Shown: positions 9,987 to 19,985, counted from the stretch's first letter. The stretch: 64,000 nt of DNA from Streptosporangiaceae bacterium (GCA_035484155.1 DATHPF010000056.1:3291-67290), one strand, 5' to 3'. The notes: generated from the sequence alone by a model not told the origin. A program made the numbers and translations.

Positions 9987-10071
9987 CTTCCGGCGGTCAC
10001 CTGGCAGTAACCGGGTATCCAGGAATCAGCCCCCGGCCGCATAGGTGCAGGCCAGGGGCCGTTCTGGGTGG

Positions 10072-10156
10072 TGGTGGCAGGTGTTGGGTTCGAACCAACG
10101 TAGGCTGAGCCGACGGTTTTACAGACCGCTCCCTTTGGCCACTCGGGCAACCTGCC
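10072..10156 (-). tRNA. tRNA-Tyr (anticodon GTA), type II with long variable arm, CCA encoded
   Basis: Hand-folded sequence: GGCAGGT acceptor / ACCTGCC-A-CCA. Anticodon stem GCGGT/ACCGT with loop CTGTAAA. T-arm GTTGG-TTCGAAC-CCAAC. Variable arm of about 14 nt. Confidence 0.9.
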
Positions 10157-10255
10157 GTGCACCGTCCCGCAGAACGGGCACTGTGAAGGATAGCGGAACC
10201 AGCCCGTTACTTCAGCATCGCGGTTACGACACGGGGCCGCCACGGCGATAGCCTG

Positions 10256-10756
10256 ATGCCCGTGGCAGCCGAATCCTCTTTTGACATCGTCTCGAAGATC
10301 AATCATCAGGAAGTCGACAACGCCCTGAACCAGACCGTCAAGGAAGTCAGCACCCGGTTCGACTTTCGCGGCGTCGGTGCCTCCATCGCCTGGTCCGGCA
10401 AGGAAGCGGTGGAGATCAAGGCCAACAGCGAGGAACGTGCCAACGCGGTGCTTGACCTCTTCAAGGACAAGCTGATCAAGCGTTCGGTCTCGCTCAAGGT
10501 CCTGGACGCCGACGAGCCCAAGCTGTCCGGCAAGGAGTACCGCCTGCACGTCGGGCTCAAGGAGGGCATCTCCCAGGACGACGCCAGGAAGATCTCCAAG
10601 ATCATCCGGGACGAAGGGCCTAAAGGCGTGAAAGCACAGGTCCAGGGCGACGAACTGCGGGTCTCGTCGAAGAAGAAGGACGAACTTCAGGACATCCAGG
10701 CCCTGCTGAAGGGCAAGGACTTCGATGTCGCCCTCCAGTTCGTCAACTATCGGTAG
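10256..10756 (+). CDS. yajQ: YajQ-family nucleotide (c-di-GMP)-binding protein
   Basis: '[32 protein letters not shown]...' matches the UPF0234/YajQ family end to end. 166 aa. Confidence 0.9.
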   Translation: MPVAAESSFDIVSKINHQEVDNALNQTVKEVSTRFDFRGVGASIAWSGKEAVEIKANSEERANAVLDLFKDKLIKRSVSLKVLDADEPKLSGKEYRLHVGLKEGISQDDARKISKIIRDEGPKGVKAQVQGDELRVSSKKKDELQDIQALLKGKDFDVALQFVNYR

Positions 10757-10828
10757 ACCCGGACGTAAGCCACGGGCGTTTCACGGCTTTTGTGTGCGCT
10801 CTATGAGCAGTCGGCCCAGCCGGGGATC

Positions 10829-10900
10829 GGCATTTCCCGCCCCGCGTGCACTTTGGCGCACGGCTTGCCCGTTTTGCGCGCACGGGAGACGGGAAATGGC
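10829..10900. other. Candidate structured element (three-way junction) in a convergent intergenic region
   Basis: A 9-bp closing helix catttcccg (10831-39) / cgggaaatg (10890-98) encloses two 5-bp hairpins: cgtgc/gcacg (10845-62) and cccgt/acggg (10868-86). Strand and function are unknown. Confidence 0.2.
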
Positions 10901-11042
10901 GGTCCTTACCCAGAGGCAACGGTCCGGGAGGGGCCGGCGCAAGCCTTTCCGCGAGCCCGGTCGGCCGAAGGCCGCGACAATAACACCGGCTTGCGCGCTG
11001 TTGCAGCGAATGGACGACCGGCGCAGGTCAGGGACGCGAGGC

Positions 11043-12056
11043 TCAGCCCTGGACCGGGACGATGTGCCAGAGACCGCCGTTCAGGTTCAGGTTGTTGCCG
11101 TGGTCCTGGCCAGGACCGGAATCGCCGATGTAGAGGTACAACGGGTGCCCGTCGTAGGTCTCCTGCGTGCTCCCGTCAGCGCGGGTGATCGTGGCGAGCG
11201 TCCCGGTCACCCCGGCCCCGGCCTTCAGCGGCCCCAGCACCGGCGGCCAGTACTGCGCGCACGAGCCGTTGCAGACCGACTTGGTGCTGGTATCCGGCGC
11301 GAACGAGTACAGGGTGCGGCCGGCAGCGTTCGTCAGCACGGTCGTCCCGCCGATGGACGCCGTTCGCAGTCCGGCGCCAGACGCGGTCGCGCTGGCCCCG
11401 CCGCTGCTCCCGCCCGCGCCAGCCAGCGCGCCGCCAAGCAGGCCCAGGGCCACGACCGAGACAGCCGCAACGCCGAGCACCGCCTGCGTCGGGCTGACCC
11501 CGGCGGGCAGCCAGGAAGGACCTTGCCAGCCAGCACCGCGCGAGCCAGCACCGCGCGACCCAGTCGCGCTGTGTACCCCGCCTGGTGCGCTGTCCGCCAC
11601 ACCACCCACTCCGCCCTGGCGAGCGGCCGCCGCAGCCTTCGCCTCGGCCGACCGATCGTCCGCGGCCACAGCCGCTGGGCTTGGCGTCGCCGCGAGGAAG
11701 GCGAGAATGGCGAACGCCAGCACCTCGATGATCCCCGCCACGATGCCAGCGGTCGTCCGCACCTCGCGATAACCGAATAGCCCGAATTGCACGGTCAGCA
11801 GATATCCGCCAAGCGTGCTCAGGGCGAAGCCGGCTCCCAGCGCGGCCACGAGCCTGCTGCCCGTGACCAGCACGAGCGCGCCGAGGGCGAAGGCCGCGAT
11901 GACCTGAAGCAGGAATAGCCAGCCGATTGTCGGGATGGTCCGGTACCCGGTCAGGTACAGGTCCAGGTGGATGGCGGCGGTGGCGATCAGCAGTCCTGCC
12001 CCGGCGACCCGGAGCAGGAGCCGTGACGCCGCCCCGGGCTTTCGCTCTGCGCTCAT
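11043..12056 (-). CDS. Membrane protein: N-terminal 4-helix domain, low-complexity linker, extra TM helix, C-terminal COG4315 / 'secreted repeat of unknown function' domain
   Basis: C-terminus 'TVLTNAAGRTLYSFAPDTSTKSVCNGSCAQYWPPVLG...THPLYLYIGDSGPGQ..NG.GLW' is typical of the Yx(FWY)xxD lipoprotein repeat family. Start trimmed to ATG 12056. Confidence 0.7.
   Translation of the reverse strand: MSAERKPGAASRLLLRVAGAGLLIATAAIHLDLYLTGYRTIPTIGWLFLLQVIAAFALGALVLVTGSRLVAALGAGFALSTLGGYLLTVQFGLFGYREVRTTAGIVAGIIEVLAFAILAFLAATPSPAAVAADDRSAEAKAAAAARQGGVGGVADSAPGGVHSATGSRGAGSRGAGWQGPSWLPAGVSPTQAVLGVAAVSVVALGLLGGALAGAGGSSGGASATASGAGLRTASIGGTTVLTNAAGRTLYSFAPDTSTKSVCNGSCAQYWPPVLGPLKAGAGVTGTLATITRADGSTQETYDGHPLYLYIGDSGPGQDHGNNLNLNGGLWHIVPVQG
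11530..11559 (-). repeat. 15-bp x2 in-frame tandem repeat (GSRGA GSRGA) in the linker of the preceding CDS
   Basis: ccagcaccgcgcgag / ccagcaccgcgcgac are adjacent copies. Confidence 0.8.
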
Positions 12057-12194
12057 GCCCGTTATCACGACTGAGCCGCGATAAGGGTTCAGCAGCCACG
12101 CCAAGGGTTCATGAGGGCATTACGCGGGCCGGGCAGCGCCGAGCTTGCCGGACGTGCTGGGATAAGACGTGGCAGCCAGCAAAGGAGATGCGAC

Positions 12195-13832
12195 ATGCCG
12201 GACGTTCTGCCGCTTCGCGAGCGCAAGGCCTGGCAGGCGCTCGAGCGCCACTACGCCGAGGTCAGCGACCGCCACCTGCGCGAACTGTTTCAGGAGGACC
12301 CCGGCCGCGGCGAGCGCCTGACCGCCGAAGCCGAGGGCATCTACCTGGACTACTCCAAGAACCGCGTCACCGACGAGACCATGCGGCTACTCGTCGAGCT
12401 GGCCGAGGAGTCGGCGGTGCCAGCACGGCGCGACGCGATGTTCCGCGGCGACCACATCAACGTGTCGGAGGACCGCGCGGTCCTGCACGTGGCCCTGCGC
12501 ATGCCGGCGACCGCGTCGCTGATCGTCGACGGAGTCGACGTGGTCCGCGAGGTCCACGAGGTGCTGAGCAGGATGAGCGCGTTCGCCGACCGCGTCCGGT
12601 CCGGCGACTGGACCGGCTATACCGGCAAGCCCATCCGGAACGTGGTGAACGTCGGCATCGGCGGCTCCGACCTCGGCCCGGTCATGGCGTATGAGGCCCT
12701 GCGTTACTACTCAGACCGCAACCTGACATTCCGCTTCGTATCCAATGTCGACTCCACTGACTTCGTCGAGGCGACTCGTGACCTGCACGCCGACGAGACG
12801 CTGTTCATCATCTCGTCTAAGACGTTCAGCACCCTCGAGACCCTGACGAACGCGACCTCCGCCCGCGACTGGGTTGTCGGCGAGCTAGGCAGCGAGGCCG
12901 CGGTCGCTAAGCACTTCGTCGCGGTGTCGACGAACGCGGAGAAGGTAGCCGCCTTCGGCATCGACACGCAGAACATGTTCGGCTTCTGGGACTGGGTCGG
13001 CGGCCGCTACTCGATGGACTCCGCCATCGGGCTGTCCACCATGATCGCGATCGGCCCCGGCAACTTCGAGGACATGCTGGCCGGCTTCCACGCGATGGAC
13101 GAGCACTTCCGTACCGCGCCGCTAGCGCAGAATCTCCCCGTCCTCATGGGTCTCCTCTGCGTCTGGTACTCCGACTTCTTCCACGCGGAGACCGTCGGCG
13201 TCATGCCGTACGACCAGTACCTCAAGCGCTTCCCTGCCTATCTCCAGCAGCTCACCATGGAGTCCAATGGCAAGAGCGTCACGCTCACCGGGCGCCCAGT
13301 CGACTACCCGACCGGTCAGGTGTTCTGGGGCGAGCCCGGCACGAACGGCCAGCACAGTTTTTATCAATTGATTCATCAGGGAACGAGGTTGATCCCTGTC
13401 GATCTCATTGGCTTCGGCAGGTCGCTCAACCCGCTCGGCGACCATCACGACTTGCTGACGGCCAACGTGTTCGCCCAGGCTCAGGCGCTGGCGTTCGGGA
13501 AGACCGAAGAGCAGGTCCGGGCCGAGGGCACGCCCGAGCACGTCGTCCCGCACCGGGTCATGCCCGGCAACCGGCCGACCAACGTGCTGCTCACCGACGT
13601 GCTCACGCCGCGCCTGCTCGGCTCGCTGGTCGCGCTGTACGAGCACAGCGTGTTTACTCAGGGGGCGATCTGGCAGATTGACTCCTTCGACCAGTGGGGT
13701 GTCGAGCTCGGCAAGGCGCTCGCCAGTCAGATCGCACCTGAACTTGAAGCCGCCGACGAGCCCGCGCTGCGCCACGATTCGTCGACCAATGCCCTGATCC
13801 GCCGCTACCGGGCGCTGAAGGCCGGCTCATAA
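12195..13832 (+). CDS. pgi: Glucose-6-phosphate isomerase
   Basis: '[12 protein letters not shown]' and '[13 protein letters not shown]' signatures. ATG 12195 preceded by 'aaaggag'. Confidence 0.93.
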   Translation: MPDVLPLRERKAWQALERHYAEVSDRHLRELFQEDPGRGERLTAEAEGIYLDYSKNRVTDETMRLLVELAEESAVPARRDAMFRGDHINVSEDRAVLHVALRMPATASLIVDGVDVVREVHEVLSRMSAFADRVRSGDWTGYTGKPIRNVVNVGIGGSDLGPVMAYEALRYYSDRNLTFRFVSNVDSTDFVEATRDLHADETLFIISSKTFSTLETLTNATSARDWVVGELGSEAAVAKHFVAVSTNAEKVAAFGIDTQNMFGFWDWVGGRYSMDSAIGLSTMIAIGPGNFEDMLAGFHAMDEHFRTAPLAQNLPVLMGLLCVWYSDFFHAETVGVMPYDQYLKRFPAYLQQLTMESNGKSVTLTGRPVDYPTGQVFWGEPGTNGQHSFYQLIHQGTRLIPVDLIGFGRSLNPLGDHHDLLTANVFAQAQALAFGKTEEQVRAEGTPEHVVPHRVMPGNRPTNVLLTDVLTPRLLGSLVALYEHSVFTQGAIWQIDSFDQWGVELGKALASQIAPELEAADEPALRHDSSTNALIRRYRALKAGS

Positions 13833-13872
13833 CGGCCCCGTTCCCGGTCAAAAGATTGGAAGGCTAACCGCG

Positions 13873-14919
13873 ATGCCAACAGACAAGCCGATGCAACTCG
13901 GCATGATCGGGCTCGGCCGGATGGGCGCGAACCTGGTACGCCGCCTCATGCGTGACGGCCACAGCTGCGTCGCCTACGACCGCACCGCCGATGTGGTCAA
14001 GCAACTGGCGACCGAAGGCGCGGAGGGTGCGACTAGCCTCGCCGATTTCGTGGCCAAGCTCGAGCAGCCGCGGGCTATCTGGATCATGGTGCCGGCCGCC
14101 GTCGTCCAGGCGACGCTGGACGGGCTCATGCCGCTGCTGGCCGAAGGCGACATCGTCATCGACGGCGGCAACTCGTATTACCGTGACGACATCGTCCGGG
14201 CGAAGCAGCTCAAGACGGTCGGCGTCCACTATGTCGACTGCGGCACGAGTGGCGGCGTCTTCGGCCTCGAGCGCGGCTTCTGCCTGATGATCGGCGGCGA
14301 GAACGAGCCCGTCGAGCACCTGGACCCGATCTTCAAGACGCTCGCGCCCGGCGAGGGCAGCGCCGAACCGACGCCCGGCCGCAGCCTGCCAGCCGCTGAC
14401 GGTACAGGCAGCACCGCGCCGCACGGCTACCTGCACTGCGGCCCGAACGGGGCCGGCCACTTCGTCAAGATGGTCCACAACGGTATCGAATACGGCATGA
14501 TGGCCGCGATCGGCGAGGGATTGTCGATTATCAAGCACGCCGATGCTGGCCTGCACCAGCAGGAGTCCGACGCGGAGACGGCGCCGCTGCGCGACCCGGA
14601 GGCCTACCAGTACCAGATCGACGTGGGCGAGGTCGCAGAGGTCTGGCGGCGCGGCTCTGTCATCAGCTCCTGGCTGATCGATCTCACCGCCGCCGCGTTC
14701 GCCAAGGACCCCGACCTGAATGACTTCGCCGGGCGGGTGTCCGACTCCGGCGAGGGCCGGTGGACGGTGCTGGCCGCGGTCGAAGAGGGCGTCCCGGCTT
14801 CCGTGATCACCGACGCGCTGTACGAGCGGTTTGAGTCGCGCGGGCTCGGTGATTTCACCGACAAGGTGCTGTCGGCGATGCGCTCGGAGTTCGGCGGGCA
14901 CGCGGAAAAGAAGGGCTAG
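13873..14919 (+). CDS. gnd: 6-phosphogluconate dehydrogenase, decarboxylating, short (Gnd2/YqeC-like) form
   Basis: 'MQLGMIGLGRMGANLVRRL' Rossmann motif and 'GAGHFVKMVHNGIEYGMM' catalytic-domain motif. 348 aa. Confidence 0.9.
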   Translation: MPTDKPMQLGMIGLGRMGANLVRRLMRDGHSCVAYDRTADVVKQLATEGAEGATSLADFVAKLEQPRAIWIMVPAAVVQATLDGLMPLLAEGDIVIDGGNSYYRDDIVRAKQLKTVGVHYVDCGTSGGVFGLERGFCLMIGGENEPVEHLDPIFKTLAPGEGSAEPTPGRSLPAADGTGSTAPHGYLHCGPNGAGHFVKMVHNGIEYGMMAAIGEGLSIIKHADAGLHQQESDAETAPLRDPEAYQYQIDVGEVAEVWRRGSVISSWLIDLTAAAFAKDPDLNDFAGRVSDSGEGRWTVLAAVEEGVPASVITDALYERFESRGLGDFTDKVLSAMRSEFGGHAEKKG

Positions 14920-14922
14920 GCG

Positions 14923-15591
14923 GTGCAGCACGACCTCGAGGTATCACCGGACGCCGCGGCGGTGGCCGCGCGCGCGGCCAGCTACGTCGCCGCGCTGGCG
15001 CGCGACGCCGTGTCCGCGCGCGGCCGGTTCACGTTCGCCGTCAGCGGCGGCAAGACACCGTGGGCAATGTTCGCCGAGCTGGCCTCCGAAGACATGCCCT
15101 GGGCTGACGTCGAGCTATTCCAGGTCGACGAGCGGGTCGCGCCCGACGGGGACCCCGATCGCAACCTCACGCACCTGCGCCAGAGCATTGGCGACGCCCC
15201 GGCCCGCGTGCACCCGATGCCCGTCAACGACCCCGACCTGGAGGTGGCCGCTGCCGCGTACGCCGAGGTCCTGCCGCAGCGGTTCGACCTGGTGCACCTC
15301 GGCCTGGGCCCGGACGGGCACACCGCCTCGCTGGTGCCAGGCGACCCCGTACTCGAGGTCACCGATGCACTGGTAGCCGTGACCCAGCCGTACCAGGGCC
15401 ACCGCCGCATGACGCTCACGTATCCGGCGCTCACACGCGCCGACCAGCTACTGTGGCTGGTGACCGGTAGCGACAAACAGGACGCGCTAGCCAAGCTGCT
15501 GGCCGGGGACGACTCCATCCCGGCGGGCCGGGTGCTGGCAACGCGGTCCCTAGTGCTCGCCGATGCCGCGGCGGCGCCCCCGGACAGGTAG
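14923..15591 (+). CDS. pgl: 6-phosphogluconolactonase
   Basis: 'FTFAVSGGKTPWAMF', 'FQVDERV' and 'DLVHLGLGPDGHTASL' motifs. GTG start 4 nt after the gnd stop. Confidence 0.85.
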   Translation: MQHDLEVSPDAAAVAARAASYVAALARDAVSARGRFTFAVSGGKTPWAMFAELASEDMPWADVELFQVDERVAPDGDPDRNLTHLRQSIGDAPARVHPMPVNDPDLEVAAAAYAEVLPQRFDLVHLGLGPDGHTASLVPGDPVLEVTDALVAVTQPYQGHRRMTLTYPALTRADQLLWLVTGSDKQDALAKLLAGDDSIPAGRVLATRSLVLADAAAAPPDR

Positions 15592-15649
15592 CCGCCAGCA
15601 CCCCCGCACGCGACCTCGCGCCGTTAACCCCTCCGACCACGAGGACGTC

Positions 15650-17146
15650 ATGACCGCAGTCAGTACCAGCAAGACCGTATCTAGCAGCAACGCGGGCGCC
15701 CACGGCAGCATGCGCCGCCCGGATGATCACGTAATCGTGCTCTTCGGCGCGACGGGCGACCTGGCCAAGCGCAAGCTGCTGCCCGGCCTCTTCCACCTCG
15801 CCGCGGCGGGCTTGCTGCCGCGCAAGTACAAGATCATCGGGTCGTCGCCTGCCGCGTTCGCCCTGAGCAACGAGGAGTTCCGGGCGCACGCCAAGCAGGC
15901 CGCCCAGGATTTCTGCATCAGCAAGCCGGACAGCGAAGTCGACTGCTGGACCGAGTTCCAGCAGCACCTGTCCTTCGCTCCGGCCGATCCCGACAATTAC
16001 CGACCACTGCAGGACGAGGTCGCGCGCGCCGAGAAGGAGATCGGCGGCCAGGTGTGCCGCCTCTTTCACCTCGCGGTGCCGCCGTCCGCGTTCTCGTCTG
16101 TGGTCACTATGCTCGGCGCGGCCGGCCTGGCCGGTGGCAGTTCCCGTGTCATCATCGAAAAGCCCTTCGGCACGGACCTGAAGTCAGCGATCGAGCTGGC
16201 CAGTGCCGTGCGCGCGGTTTTCGACGAGTCGCAGATCTTCCGGATTGACCACTTCCTGGGCAAGGAATCGGTCGACAATATCCTGGCGTTCCGCTTCGCC
16301 AACGGCCTGTTCGAGCCGGTGTGGAACCGGACGCACATCGCCTACGTGCAGATCGACGTGCCGGAGACGCTCTCCATCGAAGGCCGCGCCAATTTCTATG
16401 ACAAGACCGGCGCCTACCGGGACATGATCGTCACGCACCTGTTCCAGGTGCTGGGGTTCGTGGCCATGGAACCGCCGACGATGCTGACCGCCCAGCAACT
16501 GCGGGCCGAGAAGGCCAAGGTGTACGACGCGCTGAAGCCGATCGATGTCCGGCATGTGGTGCGCGGCCAGTACGAGGGCTACCTGAAAGAGCCCGGCGTC
16601 GCACCAGACTCGCAGACCGAGACGATGGTTGCGGTCAGGGCCGAGGTGGACAACTGGCGATGGCACGGGGTGCCGTTTTACCTGCGGTCCGGAAAGAGCC
16701 TGGGAGCCGGGCGCCAGGTCATCACGCTCGGCTTCCACGAGCCGCCGCTGCGAATGTTCAAGGCCCACCGCAAGGACATCCCGGACGGGCGGCGCAACGA
16801 GATCATCATCGACTTCGCCGATCCCGGCTCGATCACCACGAAGTTCCTGGCCAAGGAGCCGGGCGCGGAGATGTCGCTCGGCAGCGAAAAGATGATCTTC
16901 AAATATGCCGACTCGTTCGCCGCGGCGAACGCGCTGGAGGGCTACGAGCGGCTGATCCTCGACGCCATGATCGGCGACCAGTCCCTGTTCACCAGCTCGG
17001 ATGGCATCAACCGGCTGTGGGAGATCTCCGAGCCGCTGCTGCAGAACCCGCCCCCGGTCGAGCCGTACGCGCGCGGCTCGTGGGGGCCGCCCTCGGTCAC
17101 CAAGCTCATTGAGCCATTCCGCTGGCACTTGCCGAACGCCGGCTGA
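15650..17146 (+). CDS. zwf: Glucose-6-phosphate 1-dehydrogenase
   Basis: 'LFGATGDLAKRKL' NADP motif and 'FRIDHFLGKE' active-site motif. Start trimmed to ATG 15650. Confidence 0.93.
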   Translation: MTAVSTSKTVSSSNAGAHGSMRRPDDHVIVLFGATGDLAKRKLLPGLFHLAAAGLLPRKYKIIGSSPAAFALSNEEFRAHAKQAAQDFCISKPDSEVDCWTEFQQHLSFAPADPDNYRPLQDEVARAEKEIGGQVCRLFHLAVPPSAFSSVVTMLGAAGLAGGSSRVIIEKPFGTDLKSAIELASAVRAVFDESQIFRIDHFLGKESVDNILAFRFANGLFEPVWNRTHIAYVQIDVPETLSIEGRANFYDKTGAYRDMIVTHLFQVLGFVAMEPPTMLTAQQLRAEKAKVYDALKPIDVRHVVRGQYEGYLKEPGVAPDSQTETMVAVRAEVDNWRWHGVPFYLRSGKSLGAGRQVITLGFHEPPLRMFKAHRKDIPDGRRNEIIIDFADPGSITTKFLAKEPGAEMSLGSEKMIFKYADSFAAANALEGYERLILDAMIGDQSLFTSSDGINRLWEISEPLLQNPPPVEPYARGSWGPPSVTKLIEPFRWHLPNAG

Positions 17147-17171
17147 CCACGCGGTCCTACAGGAGGTGCCC

Positions 17172-18104
17172 ATGACTCTCGGCTACGACAAGCCGCTCTA
17201 TCTGATGGCTTTCGATCACCGCGGCTCGTTCGAGAAGGACCTGTTCGGCGCCTCCGAGCCGGTACCTCCGGACGTCCGTGACGGCATCATCAAGGTCAAG
17301 GAGATCATCTTCGACGCGTACATGCGCGCGCTGGCCGAGGGAGCGCCGAGAGACGTCTGCGGTGTCCTCGTGGACGAGGAGTTCGGGACTGGCGTCGCCC
17401 GGCGGGCGAAATCCGAGCGGGCGGTACTGGCGATGCCGGTCGAGAAGTCCGGTCAGGAGGAGTTCGAGTTCCAGTACGGCGACGACTTCGGCGCCCACGT
17501 CGAGGCCTTCGACCCGACGTTCACCAAGGTGCTGGTGCGCTATAACCCAGATGGCGATCCCGAGCTGAACCGGCGCCAGACCGAGCGGCTCGCGGTGCTG
17601 AGTCACTGGCTGCGCGACCACGACCGCAAGTTCCTGTTCGAGCTGCTGGTGCCAGCGACGAAGTCTCAGCTGGACCGGTTCAGCGGTGACCAGCGCGCCT
17701 ACGACCGCGAGCTGCGTCCTGACCTGGTGGTGGCCACGATCTCGGCCCTGCAGGCTGGCGGTGTGGAGCCCGACATCTGGAAGATCGAGGGGCTGGATAA
17801 CCCGGCATCCTGCCAGACAGTCGTGGCGCAGGCCCAGGCCGAGGGCCGTGCCGAGGTGAAATGCATCGTGCTCGGCCGCGGCGCGGACGAGCCGCAGGTC
17901 ATCGAGTGGGTCAAGATCGGGGCCGGAGTGGACGGGTTCGACGGGTTCGCGGTAGGCCGGACGCTGTGGGAAGACGCGCTGAAGAAGCACCTGGCCGGCC
18001 AGGCATCACGTTACGAGGCTGTCGACGAGATCTCTGCCCGCTACCTCGACGTCATTCATGCCTATCGCCGGGCCGAGCCAGCCTACAAGCGCGGGCAGGA
18101 GTGA
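17172..18104 (+). CDS. DUF2090-type class I aldolase-like protein (IolC C-terminal / 5-dehydro-2-deoxyphosphogluconate aldolase-like)
   Basis: 'PLYLMAFDHRGSF', 'FLFELLVP' and 'DIWKIEGL' (candidate Schiff-base Lys) as I recall for DUF2090. ATG 17172 preceded by 'aggagg'. Confidence 0.65.
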   Translation: MTLGYDKPLYLMAFDHRGSFEKDLFGASEPVPPDVRDGIIKVKEIIFDAYMRALAEGAPRDVCGVLVDEEFGTGVARRAKSERAVLAMPVEKSGQEEFEFQYGDDFGAHVEAFDPTFTKVLVRYNPDGDPELNRRQTERLAVLSHWLRDHDRKFLFELLVPATKSQLDRFSGDQRAYDRELRPDLVVATISALQAGGVEPDIWKIEGLDNPASCQTVVAQAQAEGRAEVKCIVLGRGADEPQVIEWVKIGAGVDGFDGFAVGRTLWEDALKKHLAGQASRYEAVDEISARYLDVIHAYRRAEPAYKRGQE

Positions 18105-18107
18105 CCA

Positions 18108-18920
18108 ATGACCACTCCGACTGTGAAGCTGCTCCTGGCCGATGTGGACGGGACGCTCGTCACCCAGGACAAGAAGCTGACGGACAAGGCGATCGCGGCC
18201 GTGCACGACCTCCACGAGGCCGGCGTGATCTTCGCGATCACGAGCGGGCGGCCGCCCCGCGGCATGGCGATGCTCGTCGAGCCGCTCGATATTCAGACGC
18301 CCATCGCGGCGTTTAACGGCGGCCTGCTCGTCGACCGCGACATGAGCGTGATCGAGCAGCGCGTGCTGCCGACGGAGCTGGTCGTGCCGGTGGCCGACGA
18401 GATGGCGTCGTTCCAGCTGGACGTCTGGCTCTACAGCGGCGCCGACTGGTACGTGCCAAAGCCAGACGGGCCGCACGTGGCGCGCGAGGCGTGGACGGTG
18501 AAGTTCGAGCCCAAGGTCATGCCGCCGGATGGCGTGCGAGCGCTGACCCGCGACGTGGCCAAGCTGGTAGGCGTGAGTGACGATACCGACGCCGTTGCCA
18601 AGGCCACTTCGGCCGTCCATGACAAGTTCGGCGATCACGTCGCGGCGGCGGCATCCCAGCCGTACTACCTGGACGTGACGCACCCGCAGGCCAATAAGGG
18701 TGCCGTCGCGCAGTACCTAGCGGCCAAGTACAAGATCGACCCGCAGGAGATCGCCACGATCGGCGACATGCCCAATGACGTGCTGATGTTCGCCCACTCG
18801 GGCCTTAGCATCGCCATGGGCAATGCCAGCTCCGAGGTCAAGCGGGCAGCGCGACGGGTGACAACCTCGAACGAGGACGAGGGCTTCGCCAACGCAGTCG
18901 ACAAATTCATCCTGCCCTAG
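18108..18920 (+). CDS. Cof-type HAD-IIB sugar-phosphate phosphatase
   Basis: 'LLADVDGTLV' (DxDGT), 'ITSGRP' and 'IGDMPNDVLMF' (GDxxND). Starts 3 nt after the aldolase stop. Confidence 0.85.
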   Translation: MTTPTVKLLLADVDGTLVTQDKKLTDKAIAAVHDLHEAGVIFAITSGRPPRGMAMLVEPLDIQTPIAAFNGGLLVDRDMSVIEQRVLPTELVVPVADEMASFQLDVWLYSGADWYVPKPDGPHVAREAWTVKFEPKVMPPDGVRALTRDVAKLVGVSDDTDAVAKATSAVHDKFGDHVAAAASQPYYLDVTHPQANKGAVAQYLAAKYKIDPQEIATIGDMPNDVLMFAHSGLSIAMGNASSEVKRAARRVTTSNEDEGFANAVDKFILP

Positions 18921-19022
18921 ATCTGAGGATTCGCGCCTGCGCCAGAGCTCAGCCCGGGCCCAGCTAGTGACCCTGTTCGAGGGCGGGCGACAGCTACGGT
19001 GGCCGTGCTACAGTCGGCTGCC

Positions 19023-19943
19023 ATGGCCCAGGCGCGTAAATCGGTGGGAGCGCTCACGGCCCGGAGTCCCAAGCTCCTGAGCAAAGTGCGGCGCGCCCTA
19101 CCGGATGCATGGTATTGCCGGGCAAACTATCTGCTCCGAACGAGGCGGATTCTGCATCTCAACAATCCGCGTGCATATTCTGAGAAAATCCAATGGCTCA
19201 AGCTTTATGGACAGCTCGAGCAGTATGCGCCATATGTGGACAAGTATGACGTCCGCAAATATATCGAAGACACTATCGGGCCCGAGTACCTGGTGCCGCT
19301 AATAGGCGTCTGGTCTGAATTCGATGATATTCCCTTCGACAAAATGCCCGAGCAGTTCGTCTTGAAGGCAACACACGGCCAGGGCTATAACTTCGTCTGC
19401 CGAGATAAGTCGGCCCTGGATCTGCCCAGCCTGCGAGAGATAGCCACGAGTTGGATAAGCCAGAACTTCTACCGGGCCGAGCGCGAGCCACAGTACCGAT
19501 ATCTGCGGCCAAGGCTGATCGCCGAAGTGTACCTGGAGGATGAATCAGGCTCGCTTCGGGACTATAAGTTCCCATGCTTTGATGGCGAACCGTACATGGT
19601 GCAAGTCATCGGTGACCGCCGTGCTGGTATGACGGAGAACCTTTACGACCGCGCGTGGAACCTGCTGCCAGTCCTCGAGAAAGGTTATCCGAACGCACGC
19701 GGTGCTATCGCGAGGCCGGCCCTACTGGACGACATGCTCAATATTGCCGCAAAACTGTCTGCTGGTTTCCCGTTCGTGCGTGTGGATTTGTATTGCACCG
19801 GCGAGCGAATATATTTCGGCGAGCTGACATTTACGCCCGCGAGCGGGACCATAGTCTATGAACCGAGTGCGTTTGACCTGGAACTAGGCCGCATGCTCGA
19901 TCTGTCGAAGTTCGGTGTCACCGAGGCATCCCGCGGCGGCTGA
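19023..19943 (+). CDS. TupA-like ATP-grasp family protein
   Basis: 'NPRAYSEKIQWLKLYG', 'VDKYDVRKYIEDTIG', 'FVLKATHGQGYNFVC', 'FPFVRVDLYCTGERIYFGELTFTP'. Visibly AT-richer codon usage than its neighbours. An alternative GTG start exists at 18999. Confidence 0.7.
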   Translation: MAQARKSVGALTARSPKLLSKVRRALPDAWYCRANYLLRTRRILHLNNPRAYSEKIQWLKLYGQLEQYAPYVDKYDVRKYIEDTIGPEYLVPLIGVWSEFDDIPFDKMPEQFVLKATHGQGYNFVCRDKSALDLPSLREIATSWISQNFYRAEREPQYRYLRPRLIAEVYLEDESGSLRDYKFPCFDGEPYMVQVIGDRRAGMTENLYDRAWNLLPVLEKGYPNARGAIARPALLDDMLNIAAKLSAGFPFVRVDLYCTGERIYFGELTFTPASGTIVYEPSAFDLELGRMLDLSKFGVTEASRGG

Positions 19944-19985
19944 TCCCCGGCCAGCTGGGCGCCGCGATCTGGTCCGCCAGCACCT

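Noticed and set aside
7275-10156. Integrated mobile element at the 3' side of tRNA-Tyr (pseudogene, APH kinase, hypothetical proteins)
   Set aside because: No integrase, excisionase or transposase is present, and I could not see a direct repeat of the tRNA 3' end. Only gene decay is supported, not a definable island.
9983-10549. 188-aa minus-strand ORF
   Set aside because: It runs through the tRNA-Tyr gene and is antisense to yajQ, so it is an artefact.
10756-10800. Intrinsic terminator directly after yajQ (agcc...ggcttttgtgt)
   Set aside because: Only a 4-bp stem can be drawn, which is too weak to annotate.
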